DNA of 64,000 nucleotides from the IMG/VR virus record IMGVR_UViG_3300029951_000019. One strand, 5' to 3'. Position numbers and translations under genes: made by a program. The DNA is from an uncultured virus (IMG/VR IMGVR_UViG_3300029951_000019) (taxonomy: Duplodnaviria; Heunggongvirae; Uroviricota; Caudoviricetes). Under the pieces are notes generated by a model, which saw nothing but the letters and a program-made list of their open reading frames with translations, was not told where the DNA came from and made no database searches. Positions 1-11,271 of the stretch are shown one piece after another; positions within the stretch are counted from its first letter, which is position 1, and the number at the start of each line of letters is the position of its first letter.

Positions 1-60
1 TCCCCCGTGCAGCCCCTCAGGCGATCAGCCACCAACCCGCCAGCCGAAAGCGAGCCCGCC

Positions 61-588
61 ATGGCCACCGCCGATGAACTCGCCGCCAAAGCCGCCGCAG
101 CCCAGGCACGCGCGGACCGCCTCACCGCCGAAGCCGAGCGCAAGTCCGAGGGCGCCCACCACGGCTACGACCGTTTCGCCGGAGGCCAGCCCCTCCTCGT
201 CGGCCACCACTCCTACCGCTCCGCCGTGCGTGACCGTCGCCGCGCCGACGCCGCCTCAGACCGTGCCCTCGACGCCTACAAGGCCGCACAAGCAGCCCAA
301 CGCGAAGCCGCATACATCCGGGCCCGCGCCGAAGCCAAGGCCGAGATCACGAAGCTCACCAACGCCAAGTCCCGCCCATGGGAACCCGCCGACTTCCGGC
401 CCGGCGACATCGTGACCGTCCGCGTCTTCGAGACCAGCACCAGCACCTACCCCGTCAAGCGCGTCAACCAGAAGACGCTGACGCTCGACGGCGGAGGCGG
501 TGGCTTCGATGACCCGAAACGCACCTACGACCGGGTTCTGTCCCGGACCCGCGACGGGATCACCGTCACCGACCCCGCAGCCAACTGA
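61..588 (+). CDS. DUF3560-like protein
   Basis: GQPLLVGHHS motif followed by a helical RRxD region and a C-terminal FRPGDIV beta domain. Confidence 0.7.
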   Translation: MATADELAAKAAAAQARADRLTAEAERKSEGAHHGYDRFAGGQPLLVGHHSYRSAVRDRRRADAASDRALDAYKAAQAAQREAAYIRARAEAKAEITKLTNAKSRPWEPADFRPGDIVTVRVFETSTSTYPVKRVNQKTLTLDGGGGGFDDPKRTYDRVLSRTRDGITVTDPAAN

Positions 589-609
589 CAGCTGATCAAG
601 GAGGCCGCC

Positions 610-1814
610 GTGCCCGTCCCCGACATCACCGACGACAACGGTGTCGCCCACGCCATCGTCGCCGCAGCGCAGGACATCGCCAGCCAGGACATTCCCGGCC
701 ACGACCTGGAGACCGTGAAGCCCCGGCTCTCGGACAGTTTCACGATCGTTCGCGCCACCCTCGCCTACCAAGACGCCCGCAAAGCCGGCAAGCACCCGAA
801 AGCCGCGGCCCGCGACACCGCGATCACACTCGTCGCCCGCTACCGGGCACTGCACCGGATCTGACCACCCGCCCACGCACCGCCCGAAGGAGACCACCAT
901 GCCGTCCGAACCTTTCCGATTCGGCGTCAGCGAAATCGCAGCCACCCGCGCCTGGTGCGTCGAACGCAACCACCCGCTCATCACCTACAACCCCCAGTTC
1001 GACATCAGCCTGTGCCGCTGCGCCGAACGCCAACTGCCGGGCGAGCAGCCGATGGACTGGACCGCCATGCGCGAGACCTCCCACTCCTGCACGCCCGGCG
1101 ACCCCTGCACCTGCTACCTGCCCACGCACTGAACCCCACGACAGCCGAGGAGTACCGATGCCAATCCACCTCCGTGTCCCGGCCCACCGTCCCGGTGGTC
1201 CCGACGGTCAGGGCTGGAACCGGATCAGCCTCGGCTCCCTCGCCGGCGACGAATGCGCGCTCCGGCCCACCGACTACAGCCACTACCGCGAATCCCTCGA
1301 CACCCGCCGATCCCGCTACGGCGGCTACGGCTCCTGCATCCGGGACGGCAACTGCAACGGCTGCCCGGTCTTCGAACGGCGCGAGACCCTGCGTGCCTTC
1401 ACTGACCGTGTCCTCGTCCGCATCGACGGCACCGGCCGCCCGTGGCTGATGGACCACCCGGAGAAGGGCTGGGCGTCGATCGGCCTGCGGTGGACGTGGG
1501 AGCAGCTCACCGCCCTGTCCGGCTGGTATCCGGCCGAGAGGTACTCCGATGAGCACAGCGACGGTTTCTGGCTTGACCGCGCCGACGACAACCCTGCCCC
1601 CTCGGCCTGACCGGAGGTCACCATGTCCGATCCGCGCATCTTCCCGTCCGAGCTGCAGCCCGGCGATGTGGTCACCTCTGACCCGCGCCGCGACTACACC
1701 GTGCGGACCGTCGTACTGGACGACTTCGGCGACGTGCTGATCAACGACGGCGCGCCGGACCGCGTCCGGATCGACCGCGAGCAGACCGTCACGATCCGCC
1801 CGCGCACCACCTGA
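610..1814 (+). other. Four small hypothetical phage genes (610-864, 899-1132, 1158-1610, 1623-1814)
   Basis: Each is preceded by a GGAG/GAGG RBS; GC3-biased codons. Confidence 0.7.
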
Positions 1815-1818
1815 CCTC

Positions 1819-1848
1819 GCCGCCCGTCCCGCGCAGGGCGCGGGCGGC
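1819..1848 (+). terminator. GC-rich hairpin, possible terminator
   Basis: GCCGCCCG...CGGGCGGC stem directly after the stop at 1814. Confidence 0.4.
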
Positions 1849-1896
1849 ACCTATCAACCCCGTCCCGCCGCCAGCAGCACACCGAGGAGACGCACC

Positions 1897-2310
1897 GTGT
1901 CCAGCACCGCCGTGGCGACCCGCCTCTACGTCGACACGACCACCACCAGCCATGACGACATCGACCACATTGCGGTGGAGCGCGTCATCAACGACACGGG
2001 GCCGCGCCCGCATCTCACCGCGGCGGAGCGGGAGTTCGCGGCCCGGTTCCTCGCCGACCACGGCTTCGAGATCCCGGCGATCGCTGAACGTCTCGGCGTG
2101 AAGCCCGACACGGTCCGCAAACTCCTCGGCCTGCCCATTGAACCGCGTAGCCCGCGCGAACCCGCCCCGTGCGGTACTCGGCGCGGCTACCACCGGCACC
2201 GCCGATCAGGCGATCCGGCGTGTCCACCGTGCCGGGCAGCGAACGCTGCCGCTGATCGACGGCTGCGGACTGCTGGAACGACCGTCGAACCGACCACGAA
2301 GGAGTTGTGA
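1897..2310 (+). CDS. HTH DNA-binding protein with C-terminal Cys/His zinc motif
   Basis: IPAIAERLGVKPDTVRK HTH; CGTRRGYHRHRRSGDPACPPCRAANAA motif common in actinophage regulators. Confidence 0.65.
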   Translation: MSSTAVATRLYVDTTTTSHDDIDHIAVERVINDTGPRPHLTAAEREFAARFLADHGFEIPAIAERLGVKPDTVRKLLGLPIEPRSPREPAPCGTRRGYHRHRRSGDPACPPCRAANAAADRRLRTAGTTVEPTTKEL

Positions 2311-2312
2311 TC

Positions 2313-3916
2313 ATGTCCCGTACTGCTTCCCGTACCGATCTGACCGCCGCGATGCAGGCCGCCGCCGTGTACCTCCGCAGTGCCGCCGATCGTGCCGAGC
2401 GTGGTGTGCCGGTGGATCCGGTCACCGCCCGCCGGTCAGCGGCAGCGCTGGATGAACTCGCCGGCCTGGACGCGCCACCCGCCGAGGGTGTGCGGCTGCT
2501 GCTCGACCGCGCCGACCTGACGGAACTCGCGGCGATCCTCAGCAACGAGCGGTACCGCATGGACCGAGGCGACGGCCATCCGCTACCGCAGCCGCGGTGG
2601 GGCGCGAACGTCCGCATCTCGCAGGCCGTACAGGCGGCGCTCACCGCCCCCGCCTGCCTGTGCCCCGCACTCCGCATCCACCAGGCCGGATGTCCGGCCG
2701 ACAACACGGAGGCGTGACCCGTGGACGACACCTGCGACGGCTGCGCGGAGTGCCGCGACTCCGCGAACTGGTCGGAGTGCTGCGCCGCATGCCACTGCTG
2801 CCCGCCGGAACTGCTCTGCCCCGCCTGCCGACCCGACCCGAAGGACTGACCATGACCGAGCCCTTGTCCGATGAGCGCCTCGCTAAGATCCGCGCCGACA
2901 TCGCACTGTCCACCCAGGGTCCGCCGAGGCAGCAGCGTTTCGAGGCGTGGACCCGGCTCGCCGATACGCACGCCGAGACCCTCCTCGACGAGGTCGAGCG
3001 GCTGCGCGCCGAGCTGGCCGAGGAGGAGTACGTCAGCGCCGAACGCGGGCGCTACCTCGCCCAGGTCGACGCAGCGCTGGACGCGGCTGGCCAGGACGAG
3101 GGCGGCGGCTACCTCGCCTACGCGCGCCGCATCACGGAGGTGGCCAAGGAGCGCGACAAAGCCCGCGCCGAGCTGGAGCAGGCACGCGAGGCCGAACCAC
3201 TACGGCCGAGCCCCGACCACATGGCCATCTACCTCGACCAGGCTGGCTGCGTCTGGGCCGACTACCTCACGCTGCCCCCGGGCGATGACGTGCTGCCCCT
3301 GGTCTGGGCGGGCGAGCAAGCCCGATCGAAGGCCGACCTGGCGGCCGACGGGTTCGAGCTGCGCGTGATCGGCTGGTCCAAGTGATGCGCGCCGGCGACA
3401 CCCCGGCCGACCGCACGCCGTACTGCGTGGCGAAGGGCTGCGCCAGCCTCCCGCCCCGCGAGCACCTCGAAGCACACGCCCACTGGGGCTGCACCGGACC
3501 CGAGCAGACGGCCGAGCTCATCGACACGTTCGAGCAGCACATCCGCACCCAGGTCGCCGAGGAGATCGAGACGACCGCCGAGGCCAGCCGGCAGGGGCTA
3601 CTCGACAGGCCGAAGGCTGAACGCGGCCTCCACATCAACGACTTCCAGTGGGCCGCCGCGATCGCCCGGCAGGCCGACGACACCACCAGCAAGGAGGCGT
3701 GACGTGCACGTGTCCCAGACGATCACCGACGGTTACCCAATCCACGCCGCCCGCTTCAAGGGCGGCCGGGTCCACCATCGCGCCAACGACTTCGACTGGG
3801 GCGGCTACATGCACACCGCGTGCGGCAAGACCGGGCTGCCCGCGACCGGCTACCCGAATCGGCCGCCTACCGCCTGCCCGAAGTGCTACCCCGACGCAGC
3901 CACGAAGGAGTCCTGA
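2313..3916 (+). other. Small hypothetical genes (2313-2717, 2721-2849 Cys-rich, 2852-3385, 3385-3702, 3704-3916)
   Basis: Tandem ORFs with RBSs and tight spacing. Confidence 0.6.
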
Positions 3917-3918
3917 TC

Positions 3919-4572
3919 ATGCAGAGCCACGACGCCGAGTTCAGCGAGGCAGGCCGAGGCTTCGTGCCCGCGCCCAAGCAGGAGCCCGATGTCACCGTGC
4001 CTGTCGACGAGCCACCGTCCGCCCGTAGTCCCCTGCCGCGTCGGCTGATCCGGTACGGCCAACCTGAGGAGCAGCACATGAGCGACGACGCCAGCGACTG
4101 GCTTCGGTTCGGCGAGCACATGGCCGACGCCCGCCGCCGCGCAGGACTCACCCAAGCCGAACTCGCCGACCGGGTCCGCCTGCACCCCAACACCATCTCC
4201 AACTACGAGTCGGGGCGCGTGCCGCAGAAAGCGCCGCGCGTCCCCACCGGCTATTACGCCGTCGCGGAGGTCCTGGCCATGTCCGGGGCCGACGTTGAAC
4301 GGCTGCCGGGCGGCCCGAGTGGCACTGTTGATCCGCCCGCCCGCATGGTCACGAGCCGCATCACCCACATCGCCGACTGTCTCACCGCTGATGCCGAGGG
4401 TCTCGCCGAGGACTTGCAGCGGTTCGCTGCCCGCGCCGGGCAGGGCAAGTTCCTCGGTGATGAGGCCCGCAACCTGACCGAGCACATGGTGCGGCTGACA
4501 TGGCAGGCGTCCAAGTTGGACGGCATGCGGGAGATGGCCGAGATCTACAACGCCGAGGAGGCCCAGCGATGA
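3919..4572 (+). CDS. XRE-family HTH transcription regulator (alternative start 4078)
   Basis: RRRAGLTQAELADRVRLHPNTISNYESGR. Confidence 0.8.
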   Translation: MQSHDAEFSEAGRGFVPAPKQEPDVTVPVDEPPSARSPLPRRLIRYGQPEEQHMSDDASDWLRFGEHMADARRRAGLTQAELADRVRLHPNTISNYESGRVPQKAPRVPTGYYAVAEVLAMSGADVERLPGGPSGTVDPPARMVTSRITHIADCLTADAEGLAEDLQRFAARAGQGKFLGDEARNLTEHMVRLTWQASKLDGMREMAEIYNAEEAQR

Positions 4573-5814
4573 CCGAGCCGACCCACGTCCCGCAGCGCAT
4601 CGTCGATGTCGCTCTCGCCGCCATGGAGGGCGAGGAGCACTACAGCAGCCTGCCGCTGGAGCACATCGTCCGCGTCGTGATCGCGGCCGTCGCCGACGAC
4701 ATCAAGGACGACCTGACCCGTCTCCACGAGGAGCACGACCGGATGCGCATCGGCATCGGCCGGGCCCTGCACCAGATCGACATGGGGCCGCAGATGGTGT
4801 CCGAGCGTGTCGAGGAACACTGGTCCGTTGTCGCGATGCGGGCCGACAGCGTGCTGCGTAGCGCCGTGGACGGTGCGTGATGGCCGCCGTCCCGGTCGCG
4901 GTCCGCGTCACCCGCTACGCCTGCCCGACCTGCGGCCGAACCCACAGCAAGAAAGCCGGGTGCGCCGCGCACATCGCCCGCTGCTGGCAGAACCCGGAGG
5001 CGCGGGCATGCAAGACCTGCGTGCACTACTCGCCGCCGGAAGCCGGCCCGTATCCGGAGCATCCGGGATGGCCCGAGCAGTGCGGGGCCGACATCGAACT
5101 GACCGGCGGCCTGAAGGTCGGCTGCCCTGCATGGGAGGCACCTGATGCCTGACACCACCACCTCGGACCGCTGCCCGTCGTGCCTGTGCGAGGACTGCGG
5201 CGGCCGACTCGACCAGCACACCCCGGGCGGGTGCAGCTGCGAGGACTGCAAGCCCAGCCCCTACCTGGGCCCGCTGTCGTGCTCCCTAGCCAGCTTCAAG
5301 CCCCCGGCGCGAATCGCCTACCTCGCAGAGCAGTTGGCGCCGCTGCTGTCCGCGCACCTCAGCCCCAAGAAGCAGCGGCGGTGCCTCGCAGTTGCCCATG
5401 CCGCCCACCATGCACTGATCGACTACGACTACCCCGAGGGGCGCCCCGATGCCTGACCTCAACCCCGCCGACGAACTCCGCGCGGCCAGCGGTCGCCTGA
5501 AGTGGCTGCTGCACCCCGACGGCATGCCCGAGCAGATCCGCGCCGGCTGGACGCAGCAGCCGTTCCCGGCGCAGCAGGGCGTGATCACTGTGCCAGGCGA
5601 GGAAGTGCCGGTGGCGTTGGGATGCTGGGGTGGCGTCAGCGAGTACATGGTCGCGATGCAGCCCACCGTCGGGGAAGGGCTCGCGAAGTGGCTGGCCACG
5701 GAAGCCGACGTCCTCGATGAGCTGCTCGCCGCCGACCCGTTGTGGCGTCCGCATCCTGTGTTGTACCAGCCGCTGATCATTGCCCGCGCGATCCTCGCCA
5801 GCGGGGAGGCGTGA
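4569..5814 (+). other. Small hypothetical genes (4569-4880, 4880-5152, 5145-5456, 5449-5814), several with CxxC motifs
   Basis: Overlapping start/stop codons, RBSs. Confidence 0.65.
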
Positions 5815-6320
5815 TGGCCACCTACACCTGGGGCGAGACAATCGAACGCCGCCGCTGGTGGCAGGTTCCCTGCGAAGGCCCGTGGGGCGCAGCCGGAGCC
5901 GAGCTGTACAAGGCCATGCACGCCGCGAGCTGCTCGTTCCGGACGGCCCACGGCCTCGCGGACGATGCGGCGCTCCACGACAACGCCTTGCGGATCACCG
6001 TCACCGACGACGCCGTCGTCATCGCCTACAGCCTGGAAGAGGACGCCCCGGCCAGCAAGGAACTGCCCGGCGTCGCCGTGCTGCTGGCGGAGTCTCTCGC
6101 CGGGATGCGCATGTCTCAGGCCGACCTCGCCCGGACCGCCAACCTGTCCACCAAACACGTCTCGCAGCTCGCGACCGGCAAGGTCCCGCTCTCACCAGAC
6201 GTCGCCGTCCGCCTGGAACACGCCCTGGGCGTATCGGCCGTGGACTGGCTTCGGGCCGACGCGCCCCGACAGATCGCCGCGCACCACACTGCCCACAAGA
6301 CCGAGGAGTCGACCCGATGA
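5814..6320 (+). CDS. Protein with C-terminal HigA/XRE-like HTH
   Basis: MSQADLARTANLSTKHVSQLATGKVPLSPDVAVRLEHALGVSAVDWL. Confidence 0.75.
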   Translation: MATYTWGETIERRRWWQVPCEGPWGAAGAELYKAMHAASCSFRTAHGLADDAALHDNALRITVTDDAVVIAYSLEEDAPASKELPGVAVLLAESLAGMRMSQADLARTANLSTKHVSQLATGKVPLSPDVAVRLEHALGVSAVDWLRADAPRQIAAHHTAHKTEESTR

Positions 6321-7621
6321 CGACGTTCCCGAACCGCTACGACCCGCGCCTGATCCTCAAGGCCGCACCCGACCAGGACCTGTACATCGGCTGGTCCACC
6401 ATGTGCGAAGCCCCCGCCGGATCGTGGACTCGCGCCGAGGCCGCCGAGTGCGGCATCGACCCGGAACGCTTGGACCGGGCCGACAAGACCGGCACCAGCT
6501 TCATCGACTCCGCTGAGGGCGCATGGGACGACCGGGTGATGATCGCGGAGCAGCGCGGGCTACTCCCCCGCGTACACCTCGCGGCCTACGCCGAACTGTG
6601 GCTCAGCGGCGAGCAGGATAAGGCGTTCGACCTGCTGGAGCCGTTCGAGGACGAGACCGAGGTACGGCGATGACCGACCGCAGCTTGATCAAGGACGCGG
6701 CGGAGCACGCCCGCCGCAGCAACCCGCTGGCCGACACCGACCGGATCGCGCAGATCCGTTCCCTGCATGCCGCGCGCATCCTGCCGTGCACGCACGAGGA
6801 ACGCGGGATGCTGCTCACCGAGATCGACCGGCTCACCGCCGAGCGGGATGGCCACCAGTCCGGCCGTGAGCAGCTGCGCGCCATCTCCCGCGAGCACCGC
6901 GCCGAACGCGACCGCTACCGGGCGGCGTGGCAGTCCGCCCGACTTCGCGCCGAGGGCTCGCACCTGACCGCCGTCGCCAACGCCGAAGCCTGCGACCATG
7001 CCCGCCAGATCGGCAACCAGCTCCACGCCCGCGTCACCGCTCTCGCCGCCGACATGCGGACGTGGTGCTCCCCGCACGGCCTCGCCAACCACTACGCCGA
7101 CCAACTCGACCGCGCCATCGCCGGGCCGGGAGGCCAGCCGTGACGATCGTCGCCCGCTACTGGGTCCGGTGCGCCACCTGCCGAGCGTGGCTGAACCACG
7201 GCGGCGGCCACCCCTCGCCCGGCGAAGCCCGCCGCGAAGCCCAAGCCCAAGGCTGGACCGTCCAAGCGCCAGCCGACCCGAAGCAGCGGGACGTCGTCGA
7301 TACCTGCCCGAACTGCACACCGAAGGAGACCTCATGATCACCCGCTTTCGCAAGCTGCCCATCGAGATCGACGCCATCCAATGGACCGGCGACAACATCG
7401 CCGAGTGCGAAGCATTCGCCCCCGGCAAGTGGTGGACCGTCGAACCCGAGGACCGCACCGAGGACCCCGAAATCACCGCAGAGGTGTACGACGAGCTGCA
7501 CTCCACGTGGGTGGGGATGCACACCGGGCAGTGGATCATCCGGGGGATTCGGGGCGAGTTCTACCCGATCAACCAAGACGTACTTGCCGACACCTACGAG
7601 ATGGTCGAGGCCACACCGTGA
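6317..7621 (+). other. Hypothetical genes (6317-6673, 6670-7143, 7140-7337, 7334-7621)
   Basis: ATGA/GTGA coupling; the 7334 ORF has the widespread phage RKLPIEIDAIQWTGDN...GEFYP motif. Confidence 0.7.
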
Positions 7622-8001
7622 CCCGCACCCGCCTCATCGTCACCGGCTCCCGCGCTCTCGCCGACCGCGACCTCGTCTGGGACGCCCTCGCGCTCGCCCG
7701 CTGGGAACTCGGACCGCTCGTCGTCGCGCACGGCGCCGCGACCGGTGCAGATACCCTCGCCGCCCAGTGGGTCCGCGAGCATCCCGACCTCGGCTGCGTC
7801 GAGGAACGCCACCCGGCGGACTGGCGCGGCCTCGGCCGTGCCGCGGGGCCGATTCGCAACCAGGCGATGGTCGACGCCGGCGCCGCACTCGTCCTGGCGT
7901 TTCCGTTGCACCACTCCATCGGCACGCGGGACTGCATGTCACGCGCCGCAAAAGCATTGATTGAGGTCCGGGAGATCCGGGCGAAGGCGGCGGTGAAGTG
8001 A
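7618..8001 (+). CDS. DUF2493 / YspA-type SLOG family protein
   Basis: IVTGSR, HGAATGAD, ADWRGLGRAAGPIRNQAMV and GT motifs. Confidence 0.85.
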   Translation: MTRTRLIVTGSRALADRDLVWDALALARWELGPLVVAHGAATGADTLAAQWVREHPDLGCVEERHPADWRGLGRAAGPIRNQAMVDAGAALVLAFPLHHSIGTRDCMSRAAKALIEVREIRAKAAVK

Positions 8002-9697
8002 CTGCACTGATCATCTCCGTCGCTGTCCTCGCCTACCTTGCCGCGGCCGGACTCACGGCCCGCTCCCTGTTCGGGAGGTGGCGGGCGCACGCCATCGACT
8101 ACGAGGGCCCGTACGGCTTTCCCCATGCCGATCCCGTCGAGCGTCTGAGGCTCGCGAAGAAGCGGTATGCCCGCGGGGATCAGCGGGGCGACGCCGCTGT
8201 GGCTCTCTTCTGCGGCTTGATCTGGCCGCTGTCGCTGGCCGTCTGGGGTGCGGTCGCGGGCTACGGCTGGCTGGTGCGGACGATGCTCGACACTGCGCCT
8301 CACCGGTCCCGGCTGGAAGTCGAAGTGGCGAACGCCGCGATGGCGAAGCGGATCACCGACCTGGAGAAGGAGCTGAAGATCCGATGACTGCGCTGCGCCG
8401 TCCTGGTGGCCGCTGGCTCCTGCGCGTCCACCACTGGGCCGGTCGCGCCAGCGGCGAACGCGAAGGCGGATACGACAGGAGCCACACCGTCACCGCTGAT
8501 CCGGCGTTCGGCGGACGCACGCCCGACACGGACACGCACCGGACGCACGTCATCGAGGGCTGCGAGTTCGATGAGCTGGTCGTCGGCAGGTTCCTGCACG
8601 TCGAACAGGTGGGCATCGGCACCTGGTGGATCAACGTCGGCGGCGTCACCGTCCACGTCACCGCCGACCGCGACGGAAAGCCCAAGCGCGTCTGGGTCGC
8701 GGGCCCCGATGATTACGACGAACGCAAGCCCGGCTGCCAGTACCAGCTGACGTGGGGCTAACACCAGGAGGAGTCGGGTGCCTGACGTGCAGCGCGCCGA
8801 GGACCGGGTCATGTGCCTCGCCTGCTACAAGCCGACCCGGTTCGCGGATCTCGCGCTCGGCCCGGACGGCATACCCACCGACCTGTGCCGCTGGTGCGAC
8901 TTCGAGTTCGTACCGCTCGGCGACTGCGAACCCGCATGGGCGCCGCCCCGGCGCACGATAGACCTGCCCGACATTGACACCTGCCCGGTCAAGCTGGTCG
9001 ACACGGACTGCTTCACCGAGGGCGAGCCGTGGGTGTTCGTGATCGAGCCGGACATGACGGAGGACGACGATGAGTGACGGAATCGTGCGGGCGCCATTCA
9101 CGCCCGAGCAGGTCGACTCGCTGAACGACTTCCAGGAGACGGGCGTCATGCACCCGTTTATGTGCGGTCGGGACGGGTGCGACAGTCGGGGCGATGAGCT
9201 GCCGCTGGTCGCCGGGCCCGATGGATGGCACTGCCTGGACGAGCGGTGCGGCTACCAGCAGGACTGGGTGCACGCCTGGATGGCCGACGGAACGTGGCGG
9301 CAGGTGCAACTGCCCATCGCGGTCAAGCAGGCGGCGCTGCTGCGCAAGGAGACGATGGCGGCGATGACGGAGTTGCTGGACACGGCCGCCGGACTCCGGG
9401 GGAACGACGATGCCTGACCGCGCCCCGCTCGATGACCCGGCCTACGCCCCCGAGCATCCGCCGATCAACGGCATCATCCCGCCGGTCGTGGCCCGCTGGG
9501 GTCCGAAGTCGCAGCGGCGGTGGTTCAGGCGGTTCCGCGCCGAGTTGAAATGGCAGAGCCTGGACGGCTTCTACTGCGAGTCGGAGCACCACGTCGGCTC
9601 GTGCTGCGACTCGTGCGCGCAGGATGCGGCCATGGGCTACGGAGGCGACGTGGACGGCTACTGCTGCTGCCAGGACGAGAGGATGGGGCATGGCTGA
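7998..9697 (+). other. Hypothetical genes (7998-8387 membrane, 8384-8761, 8778-9077, 9070-9417, 9410-9697 Cys-rich)
   Basis: Coupled ORFs; hydrophobic segments in the first. Confidence 0.6.
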
Positions 9698-9839
9698 CAG
9701 GGACAAGCGGGAGACGCCCAGTTCCGCAGAACTGCGGGCGCGCGGGACCGTTGGCGGCCGTCGGGCGACCGGGAGGCCTCCAGCGGACACGAAGCCCATG
9801 CCTCCGCCCGGTCCCGGCTCTGCAACGACAGCAAGGTGA

Positions 9840-9875
9840 GCGGCGGTCGTCCCCGTGTGTCGGGACGGCCGCCGC
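9840..9875. terminator. Hairpin at the convergence of the + and - gene arrays
   Basis: GCGGCGGTCGTCCC / GGGACGGCCGCCGC stem. Confidence 0.55.
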
Positions 9876-9967
9876 CTGCGCGCGTTGTCCGGGGTCGACT
9901 GCCGTCGGCCGGGGTGCGCACGTCCGAAGCTACGGCGCGGCACTGACAACCTGCCGTGGCCTGCCGT

Positions 9968-10357
9968 TCAGCCTTTGAGGCGGCGTGTCGCTGTCCTGGC
10001 CGACGAGTGCAGGAGCTCCATCTCCACCAGCTCGACCTGTGCCTTGAGCGCGGTGAGCCGGGCGGCCTCAGCCTTGTGCCCGGCGAGGATGCGGCCGAGC
10101 GTGTCGGGGTCCATTCGTCGGCCGAAGGTTCCCATGTCGCGCCAGGATGCGCGGAGGCTGTTGATCTCGCGGCGCAGTGTCGCCGTGGCCATGAGGGCGA
10201 GCAGCCAGGGCTGGTCGGCGAGGATCTCGTGCCGCCAGCGGTCCGCCGGAACCTCGTCCCACAGCCAGCGGATGGCGGCGGCGGGCAGGTCGGGGCTGGA
10301 CGGCGCGGGGAGGCTGGCCGGCCAGTCGGCGGGAGTCGGATATCGCTGTTCGGGCAT
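9968..10357 (-). CDS. Conserved actinobacterial hypothetical protein
   Basis: WPASLPAP...WLWDEVP...HEILADQPWLLA pattern; likely start MPEQRY. Confidence 0.55.
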   Translation of the reverse strand: MPEQRYPTPADWPASLPAPSSPDLPAAAIRWLWDEVPADRWRHEILADQPWLLALMATATLRREINSLRASWRDMGTFGRRMDPDTLGRILAGHKAEAARLTALKAQVELVEMELLHSSARTATRRLKG

Positions 10358-10394
10358 TTGTTCGAAGCATTGCACTACGGGGCGCGCCGTACCA

Positions 10395-10580
10395 CTACAG
10401 CCCCGGCAACGCGTCCTGCTCGATGCCGCCGCGCCGGGCCGCGAACTCCTCCAACCTGCAGTGCTCGCCCCTGCCGTGCGCCCGCGCCTCGGCGGTGTAC
10501 AACGGCCGGTGGCAGTCAACGCAGCGGACCGGCGGGCGGTCCGTGTCTCCCTCGACAGGGAGCAGCGCGGGCTGCGTCAC
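10395..10580 (-). CDS. DUF6011-like zinc-finger mini-protein
   Basis: CVDCHRPL...ARAHGRGEHC. Confidence 0.6.
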   Translation of the reverse strand: MTQPALLPVEGDTDRPPVRCVDCHRPLYTAEARAHGRGEHCRLEEFAARRGGIEQDALPGL

Positions 10581-10827
10581 CGCTCGTCGACCTGCGCCGG
10601 ATCACCGAGGGCGTCCAGTCGGCAAGTCTGGCAAATCTGACCGTGCGAGAGGTCCAGCATGCCCCCCTCCCCGGGCTCCTGGTGCTCACGACCGCCACAC
10701 TCACGGCAGAGGACGAACCCGCCACAGCAACAGGCCAGACAGGAGCCGGCGACCTGATGCCAGTCGCTCCAATGCCGCTCCTCCATCTCATTGGGATCGG
10801 TCCGCATCCACCTGAACTCGGTCACGC

Positions 10828-11271
10828 TCACCCTGCCGCCTCCGTCTCGTCCGCCCCGGCCATCAGCTCCAGGTAGCCGCGGACCCGTTCGTCCCGGCCG
10901 CACTGGCATGCTGCGCTGGTGCCGCGCCTGGGGCACGGGTACGGCTCGTCTCCGTCGTCGACCAGGCCGTGCGGCTCGGCGAGGAGCCGGGCCAGCATTG
11001 CCCGCTTCATCGCGACGTCCGCCAGAACCCGGGCCGGGTCATGGCGGACGATGTGCGCCCCCTCTGCGGGGAACACGTCCCTGGCGTGGATCTCGCTGGC
11101 GGTGTCCACGATGCCCCGCCCGTTCCGTGCCTGCCTCCAGCGCGGGATCGGCTTACTGCGGCAGCTCCCGACGATGACGAGCGGGCTGAGCGTTGCGAGC
11201 GCCGCTCTTTCGTCTGCTGTCGCCTGCGTCTGGATTGCGCGCACCAACTCGTCGATACGGATCACGAGCAC
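10828..11271 (-). CDS. DUF6221-like protein
   Basis: HIVRHDPARVLADVAMKRAML motif. Confidence 0.65.
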   Translation of the reverse strand: MLVIRIDELVRAIQTQATADERAALATLSPLVIVGSCRSKPIPRWRQARNGRGIVDTASEIHARDVFPAEGAHIVRHDPARVLADVAMKRAMLARLLAEPHGLVDDGDEPYPCPRRGTSAACQCGRDERVRGYLELMAGADETEAAG

